Shown here: in pieces, positions 9,528 through 18,758 of the stretch
Position numbering within the stretch: the stretch's first letter is position 1
Layout of the letters: the number at the start of each line of letters is the position of its first letter
Assembly: GCA_048885865.1 (NCBI GenBank)
Contig: JBHLLF010000001.1
Span: 96,001 to 160,000, forward strand
Source of the DNA: Candidatus Hermodarchaeota archaeon
GTDB taxonomy: Archaea > Asgardarchaeota > Thorarchaeia > Thorarchaeales > Thorarchaeaceae
Length of the DNA: 64,000 nucleotides
Direction: 5' to 3'
Notes under the pieces: generated by a model
Told to the model about the DNA's origin: nothing
Seen by the model: only the letters and a program-made list of their open reading frames with translations
The model's database searches: none
Position numbers and translations under genes: made by a program

Positions 9528-9621
9528 CGGAGTTTCTATTTATTCTTGAATGACTTCATAAATTGTAAGAATGATGGAGATGGCGTAGGATGGAACTTTT
9601 ACATCGCCAGAATTATACTGG

Positions 9622-10890
9622 TTGAATGAAAGCGCTTATGAGAATCAGTTGAATCATCCAAAATTGATGATAGCAAATTCCTCGACCCTCAGAGGACTGA
9701 CGGTGGCAGTGCTTGGATTCAATGCAAGACCAATTGCGTGCTCAGCAACGAGAGCTGGAGCCAGAGTCATTGTATCTGATTATTGGGGTGATGAGGACCT
9801 AGAATCTTGTGCATCAAAATGGAATTCCATTCTAAAAGCCATACCGGGAAAGAGACAAAGAACGCCTTTAGAAAAGCGAGTTCATATTAGCTTGGTTGAA
9901 AACCTGTTGGAATCTATTGATGATGAGGAAATCGACCATGTCTTTGTTGGGAGTGGTTTTGATGATAATACTCAATCACTAGCGCATTTGGAAAAGAGAG
10001 CGCCGATTACAGGCAATTCGATAGTGCAGATGCAAAGAGCGCGAAATAGGTCCGCAGTCGGAAAACTAGCTGAGAGTTTCGGATTACAAGTGCCTCTTAG
10101 CTTCGTTTCGAAAACATTGGATGAAGTATATGCTAGATGCGATGAAGTTGGTTATCCGTGTGTAATTCGTCCTCCCTCATCAGGGGGTGGAACTGGAATC
10201 TCCCTAGTTTCAGATCCCAGCCAAGTAGAGGCAGCATGCTGGAGGCTAGAAGCTGATATAGAGAATCCCGAGGTGATTGTCCAGCAATATATCCCTGGCG
10301 TTGACGGGTCTACAAGCATTCTGTCAACAGGCAACGAGGCATCTGTTCTTTCGATTCAGGGCCAGCTGATTGGTATGCCATCTGCTGGGAGGAATTGTGA
10401 TTTTGTCTATTCTGGCAACTATATGCCTCTTCGTCTTCCCAAGAGAGCGAAACAGCTGATCACCGAAAGCAGTGCATCTCTCTGCACAGATCTCGGACTC
10501 ATGGGCACAAATGGGATTGATTTCCTCGTAGATACTAAGGGGAAATTATGGTTTCTTGAAGTCAATCCGCGGTTTCAAGGTTCTTTAGAAATGCTTGAGC
10601 GAGGAGGACACATTTCCATAACTGAATTACACACTGATGCATGTAATGGCATCCTGCCGTCAGAGCCGCCTTCGTTCATACCATCCACGAAACTTGTGAT
10701 TTTCGCCCGGCGAAGTGGAAAGGTCCCTGCTTTGAGTAATTTCAGCAATACTGTGGATCGCACGCCTCAAGGCGTACTCGTAGACAAAGGTGATCCGGTG
10801 TGTACAGTCTTAGAGACCTCATCCATTCTCCACGATTGCTATGATCGGGCTCTCTCAACCTCGAACGCAATTCAAAGAAAAATCGAGTAA
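9622..10890 (+). CDS. ATP-grasp domain carboligase (COG2232-like)
   Basis: YPCVIRP..GGGTGI, IVQQYIPG, GTNGIDF and LEVNPRFQGS motifs. Confidence 0.85.
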   Translation: MNESAYENQLNHPKLMIANSSTLRGLTVAVLGFNARPIACSATRAGARVIVSDYWGDEDLESCASKWNSILKAIPGKRQRTPLEKRVHISLVENLLESIDDEEIDHVFVGSGFDDNTQSLAHLEKRAPITGNSIVQMQRARNRSAVGKLAESFGLQVPLSFVSKTLDEVYARCDEVGYPCVIRPPSSGGGTGISLVSDPSQVEAACWRLEADIENPEVIVQQYIPGVDGSTSILSTGNEASVLSIQGQLIGMPSAGRNCDFVYSGNYMPLRLPKRAKQLITESSASLCTDLGLMGTNGIDFLVDTKGKLWFLEVNPRFQGSLEMLERGGHISITELHTDACNGILPSEPPSFIPSTKLVIFARRSGKVPALSNFSNTVDRTPQGVLVDKGDPVCTVLETSSILHDCYDRALSTSNAIQRKIE

Positions 10891-10986
10891 TCTGACTATG
10901 ATGAACTCCCAGAAGGAGATTCAGCAAATGTATATCTGGACTAATGCACATTGGATACTTTGTAGAGGAGCCAGAAGGTTAGCCCC

Positions 10987-12054
10987 ATGAAAGTATGTCC
11001 GAAGTGCAACAAATCAAATTTGCCTACGCGGAAGTATTGTATTCGTTGTGCCGCGTCTCTAATAGAACCCCCAAAGAAACGCGCAGTCGTTGATGATGCT
11101 CCCAAACCTGAAGTTCCCGAGATCGGTCACGTGACCACAGGGGCAGACATGGCTCGACAAGCAACTGAGTCAGCAGCTCCTCCTCCGACAACGAACGACA
11201 AATGGGTTAAGCCAAGTGAAGTTTCTCGTGATCGAGTACGTACAGCGTCAAAGGGACGTGGAAAGACTGAGCTGGAAAAGGCACGTGAGGCCTTTGCTAG
11301 AGCTGAGGATGTAGGAATAGATGAAGATGGTACCGGGGTGATTGAGACTCGCATGCTTCGCGCGAGCGAGGTTAGAGAACTCCTTGAAGCCACTCAGGCA
11401 GTTGCAGATGCCCCTGCTCCAATGATGATGGAGGGCTCCGAAACCCTGACTCCTGAAGAAATGGAACTAATGCAGCCTACAATGCCAAAAGCTGAGGCGC
11501 TTGAGGAGCAGATTCTCGGAACTCATTCTGCTTTCGTTTCCTCAGAAGCATCAGATAGGCCAACACCTGAGAAGTCTCTAGACAGCGATGTTTCCGAAGG
11601 GTTTAGTTCCTCTAGATATGAAGAGGAAGATGGAGAGCTTGATTTTAGACTGCCTGAACAAATGCCCACAGTGACTGCAGAAACATTGGCGCCCACACCC
11701 GCTCCAGCCACGGCTCCACCCACTCCTGCTCCAACACCAACACCCACTCCTGAATCAACACAGGCTGAGCCGACAACTGCTGTTTCCTCGGGAGAAGAGG
11801 AGATTGACTTTGTCACCGTCTGCCATAAATGCGGTGAGCCGACGAATATCGACCAGTTCGAGTATCCATTTGAGGTCTATAGTGCCATGGGTGCTGCACG
11901 ACTGAAGCAGGCTCGATTCTATGTCGTGCAAGGTAAGCCGGACCAAGCAAAGGAGGCTCTTAGGATAGCAAGGGCACTCTACAAGAAGGCTAATGATGAA
12001 ACCGGACTGCATGAAACCAAGAAGCTCATTGATTCTCTTGCAAGAGAGGGTTAA
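10987..12054 (+). CDS. Zinc-ribbon protein with acidic/Pro-Thr-rich disordered linker and C-terminal TPR-like helices
   Basis: CPKC...CIRC at the N-terminus, PTPAPTPTPTP tract, CHKC and a helical hairpin at the C-terminus. Confidence 0.7.
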   Translation: MKVCPKCNKSNLPTRKYCIRCAASLIEPPKKRAVVDDAPKPEVPEIGHVTTGADMARQATESAAPPPTTNDKWVKPSEVSRDRVRTASKGRGKTELEKAREAFARAEDVGIDEDGTGVIETRMLRASEVRELLEATQAVADAPAPMMMEGSETLTPEEMELMQPTMPKAEALEEQILGTHSAFVSSEASDRPTPEKSLDSDVSEGFSSSRYEEEDGELDFRLPEQMPTVTAETLAPTPAPATAPPTPAPTPTPTPESTQAEPTTAVSSGEEEIDFVTVCHKCGEPTNIDQFEYPFEVYSAMGAARLKQARFYVVQGKPDQAKEALRIARALYKKANDETGLHETKKLIDSLAREG

Positions 12055-12896
12055 GCTTCCAACCAGAGCTTCGTGAACTTGTTCCGTTCATCAACGAATT
12101 TTCCTGGGTCCTTACACATCATGAGAAATCTTCCAGAGTAGCCTCTCTCTTTCAATTCTCTGAATATTGGCTGGAACTCTATCGCTCCTTCTCCAATAGG
12201 GAGGTGCTCATCATATTCTCTGGCAATGACCAAGAGCTCTTCGTGAGGGACTTCTCTTTTGAGTCTAAGGTCTCTGACCCTACTCACCATGCGCGCACCA
12301 TGATTGTCGTGCACATTCACTACCGCAATGTGGTCATAGAATGACTGAATCACATCCAGTGCTCGATTCCTAGTGGCCATGATTTGTCCATGCCCTATAT
12401 CAAGTGCAATCTTCATGTCCGGGCATCTCTCAAACAATAGCGTCAGTTCGGTATAATAGAGGCCAAGAGTTTCTATAGCAAGCTGAATCCCGCTCTCCTT
12501 TGCGGCATCACATAAGAGCGGTACCCACTCCAGAAATGCATCAATATCATCATCGCTGTAGAAAAGAGTGGATAATGCAGAATGAGTGGTTACTAGCTCG
12601 GCACCAACTTCAGCGCTAACATCGATATAGGGCATTATCTCACTGGGAAAATCCATAGGTCTCCAACAGGGGTCGCTTGGAAGATGCAGAGTCGGCACAA
12701 CACCTGCCTCCTCAAGAATTCCTCTTGCCTCTCTGAAGTTCAGACTGTAGTTCAAGTCCATTCGCAGATCAATGAAATCAGGATTGTGAGAGATTCCACT
12801 CTTCATCTGATCTATGTGCCTAGCGAAAGTGCCAATTTCCATGGAAGTCCACACAATCGATTCAAAGCGGCTGGCTTTTGTTAGTTTTGGTTCCAC
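12051..12896 (-). CDS. Sugar phosphate isomerase/epimerase (xylose-isomerase-like TIM barrel)
   Basis: LAIE, LDIGH, VHDNHG and HLPIGEGAIEF metal motifs. Confidence 0.8.
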   Translation of the reverse strand: MEPKLTKASRFESIVWTSMEIGTFARHIDQMKSGISHNPDFIDLRMDLNYSLNFREARGILEEAGVVPTLHLPSDPCWRPMDFPSEIMPYIDVSAEVGAELVTTHSALSTLFYSDDDIDAFLEWVPLLCDAAKESGIQLAIETLGLYYTELTLLFERCPDMKIALDIGHGQIMATRNRALDVIQSFYDHIAVVNVHDNHGARMVSRVRDLRLKREVPHEELLVIAREYDEHLPIGEGAIEFQPIFRELKERGYSGRFLMMCKDPGKFVDERNKFTKLWLEA

Positions 12897-13031
12897 GGTT
12901 TGAAAAGTCTTCTACAAGACAAATCAGTCATATTTATTGCTAGGGAAGCATAATCCCATCGGGCTGCGTAAGCATTATATGACTCAATGAAGTCGTTTCG
13001 TAAATAGGCCTAGCCGTGGAGCGTAACAGAC

Positions 13032-13568
13032 CTGCCTGACAATATCTCATACCTGTTTAAGCTGGTTTTTCTTGGGGAAGGAGCAGTGGGCAAAACAAGT
13101 CTAGTCGGCAGATATGTGTACGATTCATTTGAGGGCGATTATCTGGCGACCATTGGCACAGACATTCATGTCAAGACCGTTCAGGTTGACGAAACCTTGG
13201 TCAAATTAGTTGTCTGGGACATAGCTGGTCAGGATGATTTCGCTCAGCTTAGAAAGGCCTACTACCAGAACGCGTCAGGGTCCTTTTTTGTCTTCGACTC
13301 CACTCGTCCAGAAACACTCGAGAGAATCGGGGAATGGGTTGAAGCATTATATGGCGTGACGAAGAAGATACCCTTGGTGTTGGTCGAGAACAAGATTGAC
13401 CTACAGAGCAAGATTGACCCAGCAGAAATTGAAAAGATAGTCAAGAAATATGGCTTTACACATGTGCGCACGAGTGCGAAAGAGGACACGAATGTCGAAG
13501 AGGCATTCATACAAATGACACGGGAGATTCTCGAGAAGACAAAGGCTAAGGGACCAGCTTCATTATGA
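13032..13568 (+). CDS. Rab-like small GTPase (start inferred at CTG 13032; the ORF track truncates it inside the P-loop)
   Basis: In-frame upstream YLFKLVFLGEGAVGKT (G1), TIG (G2), WDIAGQ (G3), NKID (G4), SAK (G5). Confidence 0.9.
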   Translation: MPDNISYLFKLVFLGEGAVGKTSLVGRYVYDSFEGDYLATIGTDIHVKTVQVDETLVKLVVWDIAGQDDFAQLRKAYYQNASGSFFVFDSTRPETLERIGEWVEALYGVTKKIPLVLVENKIDLQSKIDPAEIEKIVKKYGFTHVRTSAKEDTNVEEAFIQMTREILEKTKAKGPASL

Positions 13569-13629
13569 CACTGTACGCATGCGGAAAGTTAACATATGGA
13601 AAATTCAGTATTCATCGGGGAGTGCCAGA

Positions 13630-14142
13630 GTGAGTGAACCTGACTTTGTCTACAAAATTGTGTTCCTTGGGGAATCTGGAGTCGGAAAGACATCTCTAGT
13701 TCAGAGATTCGTTTATGACAGTCTAAGTCCAGAGATGGCTCAGACGATTGGAGCCGTTCTACATGTGAAGACTATTACACTCGATGACACGAACTACAAA
13801 TTGATAGTGTGGGACCTCGGTGGCCAAGAGTCCTTCAAGCAATTGCGTGTGCAATTTTGTACGAATGCGAGTGGAGCATTTTTTGTATTTGACCGTGGTC
13901 GACCAGAAACACTTGGAACAATTGATACCTGGCTTGAGTCGCTATATTCCTCTGCAGGGAAGGTCCCAACAACGGTGGTTGAGAACAAGATTGACCTCGA
14001 ACCAGTATTTAACCAAAAAGCTATCCAGTCTGAGATTGACAAACGTGGCCTGAAACTTATGCAGACAAGCGCTACTGAAAGTCTAAATGTAGACCAGACT
14101 TTTGAGGACCTTGTGCGAACTATCCGTGCGGCAAAATCCTAG
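13630..14142 (+). CDS. Second Rab-like small GTPase (likely GTG start at 13630)
   Basis: YKIVFLGESGVGKT, TIG, WDLGGQ, NKID and SAT motifs. Confidence 0.9.
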   Translation: MSEPDFVYKIVFLGESGVGKTSLVQRFVYDSLSPEMAQTIGAVLHVKTITLDDTNYKLIVWDLGGQESFKQLRVQFCTNASGAFFVFDRGRPETLGTIDTWLESLYSSAGKVPTTVVENKIDLEPVFNQKAIQSEIDKRGLKLMQTSATESLNVDQTFEDLVRTIRAAKS

Positions 14143-14834
14143 TGTGGAGCATCCGGTGCACTGCCTTTGTAAGCTAAACCCAGCTTCTTCTTTTCTCCCG
14201 TTACCATATACACAGCGCGCTCTGCAATTGCAAAAGCTTGATCCGCTGCCCTCTCGCAGTACCGACCAACGATTACATAGAACATCGCCATTGTTGTGAT
14301 GTCCTTTCTTTTTCTGAGATATTCAGCAATCTCCTCAAACATTTCAGAGGTTTCCCGATCACTATCGGCCTCCATTTTCTCCAGGTCATCGATGCCTGAG
14401 AGGTCATTCTCTAGGACTCCCTTCATCGCAATCTCAAGCGTCTTATTCGCCAAATCCGCCAAATAGGGCAGCGATTCAAGCTCTTTGAAGTGCTCGATAC
14501 CCTCACATAGGTTGACTATATGAGCAATCTTGTAGGCGTATCTGCCAACTCGATGCAGATGATGTGCTACCTGCAAGTATGTGGCGAGCCTCCTAAGATC
14601 CGATGCAACTGGTTGCCTTCTAGCAATGGTTTCGAATACCTTGGCTTCTACTTTCGCAGAGAGCTCTTCTATCTTCTTTGAGTTCTCCTTTACCTCCGAT
14701 GCCATCTCTTGATCAAGATATTCAAAGGCTTTCATTGACTGCATGAATGCTCCTGTTGAAAGCTCATGTAGCTCCTTTAGACGATTGCCAATTTCTTCAA
14801 TGTGAATCTCAAGTTGTGTCCGCATAGCGCTCAC
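14139..14834 (-). CDS. phoU: Phosphate signalling protein PhoU
   Basis: QPVASDLR and two PhoU repeats. Last gene of the pst operon. Confidence 0.9.
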   Translation of the reverse strand: MSAMRTQLEIHIEEIGNRLKELHELSTGAFMQSMKAFEYLDQEMASEVKENSKKIEELSAKVEAKVFETIARRQPVASDLRRLATYLQVAHHLHRVGRYAYKIAHIVNLCEGIEHFKELESLPYLADLANKTLEIAMKGVLENDLSGIDDLEKMEADSDRETSEMFEEIAEYLRKRKDITTMAMFYVIVGRYCERAADQAFAIAERAVYMVTGEKKKLGLAYKGSAPDAPH

Positions 14835-15608
14835 CTATCCTATTCTCCCAGTGATAAATGCCTCCGTTCGTTCGTCGCCAGGAGCTTCAGCAATTCTTTT
14901 TGTCTTATCAAATTCAACCAGCTCCCCTAGGTAGAGAAATGCCGCTTGGTCTGAAACTCTGAATGCCTGCTGAACATTATGAGTGACAATTATGATAGTG
15001 TAGTCTTTCTTTAGCTCTATAATCAGATCCTCTATCTTTCCCGCACTTATTGGATCAAGTGCCGATACAGGTTCATCCATCAACAGCACTGGAGGATCAA
15101 CCGAGAGGGCTCTGGCTATACATAGGCGCTGTTGTTGACCTCCGGAGAGATTCGGAGCTGGCTCATCAAGACTGTCCTTGACCTCATCCCATAGGGCGGC
15201 TTTCTTCAGTGATTGCTCCACCATCCTTTCCAGCTCATTCTCATCTTTCATTCCGTGAAGCTTGGGACCAAAGGTTATGTTTTCGCGCACACTCATAGGG
15301 AATGGATTAGGACGTTGAAAGACCATTCCGACGCGTCGCCTCAGTTCATAGACATCAGAATTGGGGGCATAGATGTTTGCGCCTTCGAGAAGCACCTCGC
15401 CGCTCATCCTGAAGCTTCCAATTGTGTCATTCAATCGATTGAGACTTCGCAGGAGAGTCGACTTTCCACATCCACTGGGTCCCATTACTGCAGTCACTGA
15501 GTTGTCCTCGAAGTAACAGCTTATCTCTTTCAGAATCTTCTTCCTCCCAAACCAAGTTGTGAGGTTTCTGACTTCCATCTTGTATTGATGTGACATTGGT
15601 TTAGACAA
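14835..15608 (-). CDS. pstB: Phosphate ABC transporter ATPase
   Basis: GPSGCGKST, LSGGQQQRLCIARAL and DEPVSALDP motifs. Confidence 0.96.
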   Translation of the reverse strand: MSKPMSHQYKMEVRNLTTWFGRKKILKEISCYFEDNSVTAVMGPSGCGKSTLLRSLNRLNDTIGSFRMSGEVLLEGANIYAPNSDVYELRRRVGMVFQRPNPFPMSVRENITFGPKLHGMKDENELERMVEQSLKKAALWDEVKDSLDEPAPNLSGGQQQRLCIARALSVDPPVLLMDEPVSALDPISAGKIEDLIIELKKDYTIIIVTHNVQQAFRVSDQAAFLYLGELVEFDKTKRIAEAPGDERTEAFITGRIG

Positions 15609-16578
15609 TCCTCCGTGTCAGTTTCCTGAGAATGATATTCGCAATGATGTCAACTGCCAGAACCATTAGAAGAAGTACAACCGCAGCTCCATGAGCTTTG
15701 GCCTTCAGGTACTCCCTGGGATCAGTAATGTAGGACCAGACCGTGTAGGGAAGAGAGGCGACCCATGAACCTCCACCAGTAATGCTTGTTGGAACGCCGA
15801 GGGTGTTTCCAGCTGTGAAAATAAGCGGAGCGGTTTCTCCCATCACCCTTCCAACAGCTAGGAGTATTCCTGTTATGATTCCTGGAATAGCCGCGCGAAT
15901 TGTAACATTCCAGGTTGTTGTCCATTTTGTCGCACCCAATGCCAAGGATGCTTCTCTTAGTGCCATAGGAACTTGCTTGAGTGCTTCTTGAGTAGTACGC
16001 AACACAGTAGGTATCATCATAAAAGCCAAGGTGAAACCTCCAGCTATCAAGCCCATTCCAATATGAAGGAAATCTACAATAAACGCAAATCCAAATGCTC
16101 CGAAGACAATCGAAGGAATACCAGCTAGAACATCCGCTGCGAACTCGACGATACTGGTGACTCTCCCAGGTCTTGCATACTCTGTGATGTAAATTGCCCC
16201 TAGGACACTAAGGGGAATTCCCACCATGCAGGCTACAACCATCAGCAGGATTGTTCCTGCAATGGCATTTCTGATTCCGCCCTCCAATCCCGGCCCGGGA
16301 AAGGTGCCAAAGAATTCTAGGCCTTGCCCAGGGCCTGATCCAAAGACTTCAGGAATTCCAACAGAAAGAACTTGGATAAGTACTAGGAAGAATGGAGATA
16401 CAATGATTAGGACGCAGATTCCTAGCAATATCTTGAATGTGAAGTCCGAGAATGTTCTTCTTGAACTCATCTGCATCTTGAGATAGCGTGATAACTGCGT
16501 GATTCTGCTATAAGGAATGGGGGCTGTTCCATTGTCTTCGTATTGCTGCTCTTCTGAGATAGGCCTTTGCTCACTCAT
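15601..16578 (-). CDS. pstA: Phosphate ABC transporter permease
   Basis: IPSIVFG, REASLALGA and GETAPL motifs. Confidence 0.93.
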   Translation of the reverse strand: MSEQRPISEEQQYEDNGTAPIPYSRITQLSRYLKMQMSSRRTFSDFTFKILLGICVLIIVSPFFLVLIQVLSVGIPEVFGSGPGQGLEFFGTFPGPGLEGGIRNAIAGTILLMVVACMVGIPLSVLGAIYITEYARPGRVTSIVEFAADVLAGIPSIVFGAFGFAFIVDFLHIGMGLIAGGFTLAFMMIPTVLRTTQEALKQVPMALREASLALGATKWTTTWNVTIRAAIPGIITGILLAVGRVMGETAPLIFTAGNTLGVPTSITGGGSWVASLPYTVWSYITDPREYLKAKAHGAAVVLLLMVLAVDIIANIILRKLTRRIV

Positions 16579-16579
16579 A

Positions 16580-17533
16580 TCAACTCATCCCCCTTGTTTT
16601 CATTCCCCAGCGAATGAATAGCTTCGCCATTATTGTGAATGAGATTGACATCAACATCAGGACAAGTGCAACTGCAAATAGAGCTGATCGCCAGAGTGGA
16701 AAGACAAATGCATAGCCCAACTGGTTTGTGATAATGGAGGTCATTACATAGGTGGGATCAAACAGGGAGAATGGTATTTGCAGAGCATTGCCTGTCACCA
16801 TAAGAACCGCCATTGTTTCACCCACTGCCCTTCCAAGCGACAACACAATTGCTGCTCCAATCCCCGGCATTGCCGCTCCCATGACGACCTTCCTCGCTGT
16901 TTCAGTGCTCGTTGCGCCCAGAGCAAGAGATGCCTCTCGGAGTGTCATTGGCACAGACCGAAGTGCATCATCAGAGACTGTTACTATTGTGGGAAGAAGC
17001 ATAATCGCCAGAATGATTCCTCCTGCTAGTAGGCTAAGACCATTTGATTCAATCCCAAATGCAGGTGCCAGTACTGACGCTATCCAAGGCACAATCACGA
17101 GATACGCCCAAAGGCCATAGACTATCGATGGGATTGCTGCCATCATTTCAATTACCATTCTAATTGGTCCCCTGAGCCGATGAGGACAGAACTCACTCAG
17201 GAAAAGCGCACCAGCCATTCCTAGCGGAACTGCAATCCCTATTGCAAGTAGTGTACACATGAAGGAGCCAGCTATGAAGATAGCTATGCCATAGAGATCT
17301 CGATTTGGGTCCCAAGTAGGATTGACAATGATTCCTATGCCTCCCTCTGGACTGGCAAAGATTAGAGCAGACTCATACCAGAGAAATGTCAAAATGAGGA
17401 CTATGACTGCCGAGCTAGCAAATGCTGGCACCAATAGGCCAAATCTACCAATCAAATCAATTCTTGCTGAACCCCTTGCTGTCTTGATCTCGTGGATGAT
17501 ATGTGAGATATTTTCCTTAATTTGCTGGCTCAT
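16580..17533 (-). CDS. pstC: Phosphate ABC transporter permease
   Basis: IPSIVYGLW and GRAVGETMAVLMV motifs. Confidence 0.93.
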   Translation of the reverse strand: MSQQIKENISHIIHEIKTARGSARIDLIGRFGLLVPAFASSAVIVLILTFLWYESALIFASPEGGIGIIVNPTWDPNRDLYGIAIFIAGSFMCTLLAIGIAVPLGMAGALFLSEFCPHRLRGPIRMVIEMMAAIPSIVYGLWAYLVIVPWIASVLAPAFGIESNGLSLLAGGIILAIMLLPTIVTVSDDALRSVPMTLREASLALGATSTETARKVVMGAAMPGIGAAIVLSLGRAVGETMAVLMVTGNALQIPFSLFDPTYVMTSIITNQLGYAFVFPLWRSALFAVALVLMLMSISFTIMAKLFIRWGMKTRGMS

Positions 17534-17547
17534 ATATCAACCACCTC

Positions 17548-18600
17548 TCAGGAGTCCGTTGGATTCAGGGATGAAATCACATTGATTGAATAGATGATGG
17601 CTGAGGTTCCATTGATTGGCACATAGCCAACGCCGGAGATGAATGTCTGCCCCCTAGTAAGAACCCAATTCATAAACACTAAGACATGCCAAGCAACATT
17701 GTCCTCGTGAATCATGTAATAGAGGAGTCGTGCAATTGGGTAGGCTCCTTCTAGATTTGAGTTCATTAGATTCGCTCCTGGATCCGACAATACGGATGGT
17801 AGAGCCTTCAGTGCATTCTCAAGAGAGGGCTCGATATATTCATCGATTGATGGATTGTACAAATATGCTGGAATCAGCCCCTCCATAAATGCTAGGCCAA
17901 CATAGCCAATTCCTTGAGCGTCGCTTAAAACTCCTGCCGCAACCCCGGGATTCCCATCAACGGAGCTTATCTCTGGGGCCCACGACAATGTTTCACCATG
18001 TCCCAATCTCCAAGTGTAGTTTCCAAATGGGTTGGCAGTTTCATCAGAGGTTTCAAGCCATTTGGCGAAGGTGGCTGTTGTTCCACTAGCATCTGAACGG
18101 ACATATACATTGATGGATCCAGTTTGCTCGACGGCGACTCCGAAGGTAGATTCCAGCTCCTCCCATGTAGAGATGTTTCTCTGGAAGATTGCGACAGCCA
18201 TATCACAGTCGAGCTTGAATGAAGAGCCGTTGACTTCTGGATTGACAACAACACCCAAAGCATCTGCTGACACTGGGACTATCTTTACACCTGGATTTGT
18301 CATTATATAGTCTTCATCGGGGTATGAGCTTGTTGCTCCTATATCGATCAATTGCTGGGCAATTTGGGATTGACCCAGACCGGAACCCCCCGTGCTTGGG
18401 TTTACAACAAAGGCAGGGTAGTCAAATTGGAAGCGAGTCGCCCACTCTTGGGAGAGAGTGAACACCGTCGTCGAGCCAGCAGTAGTAACAGTAAACGGTC
18501 CTCCCGCAAAATCACCAGGCGGAGTCAAGATTAAAACGAACCCAAATGCAATGAGCATGCCGAATGCAAACACCACTAGTTGTCTTTTAATGCTGGCCAT
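17548..18600 (-). CDS. pstS: Phosphate-binding protein
   Basis: AGSTTV, GGSGLG, RSDASGTT and YPIAR motifs. N-terminal membrane anchor. Confidence 0.92.
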   Translation of the reverse strand: MASIKRQLVVFAFGMLIAFGFVLILTPPGDFAGGPFTVTTAGSTTVFTLSQEWATRFQFDYPAFVVNPSTGGSGLGQSQIAQQLIDIGATSSYPDEDYIMTNPGVKIVPVSADALGVVVNPEVNGSSFKLDCDMAVAIFQRNISTWEELESTFGVAVEQTGSINVYVRSDASGTTATFAKWLETSDETANPFGNYTWRLGHGETLSWAPEISSVDGNPGVAAGVLSDAQGIGYVGLAFMEGLIPAYLYNPSIDEYIEPSLENALKALPSVLSDPGANLMNSNLEGAYPIARLLYYMIHEDNVAWHVLVFMNWVLTRGQTFISGVGYVPINGTSAIIYSINVISSLNPTDS

Positions 18601-18758
18601 TCCTTACTTCTCCTTTCTCAAGTATGTCGGCGAGGTCTAACCATAATAAGCAATACGTATCAGTACATCAGCACATCTATCTTGTAGAGAACTTTTGGAA
18701 CTTAGATGCGAATTTGAATACTTTGTAGGTTTATATACCAGATACACACGATGCGTGT

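Noticed and set aside
11690-11752. CCA/CCC-rich tandem-like repeats
   Set aside because: Encodes the Pro-Thr-Ala linker and is not a DNA-level repeat element.
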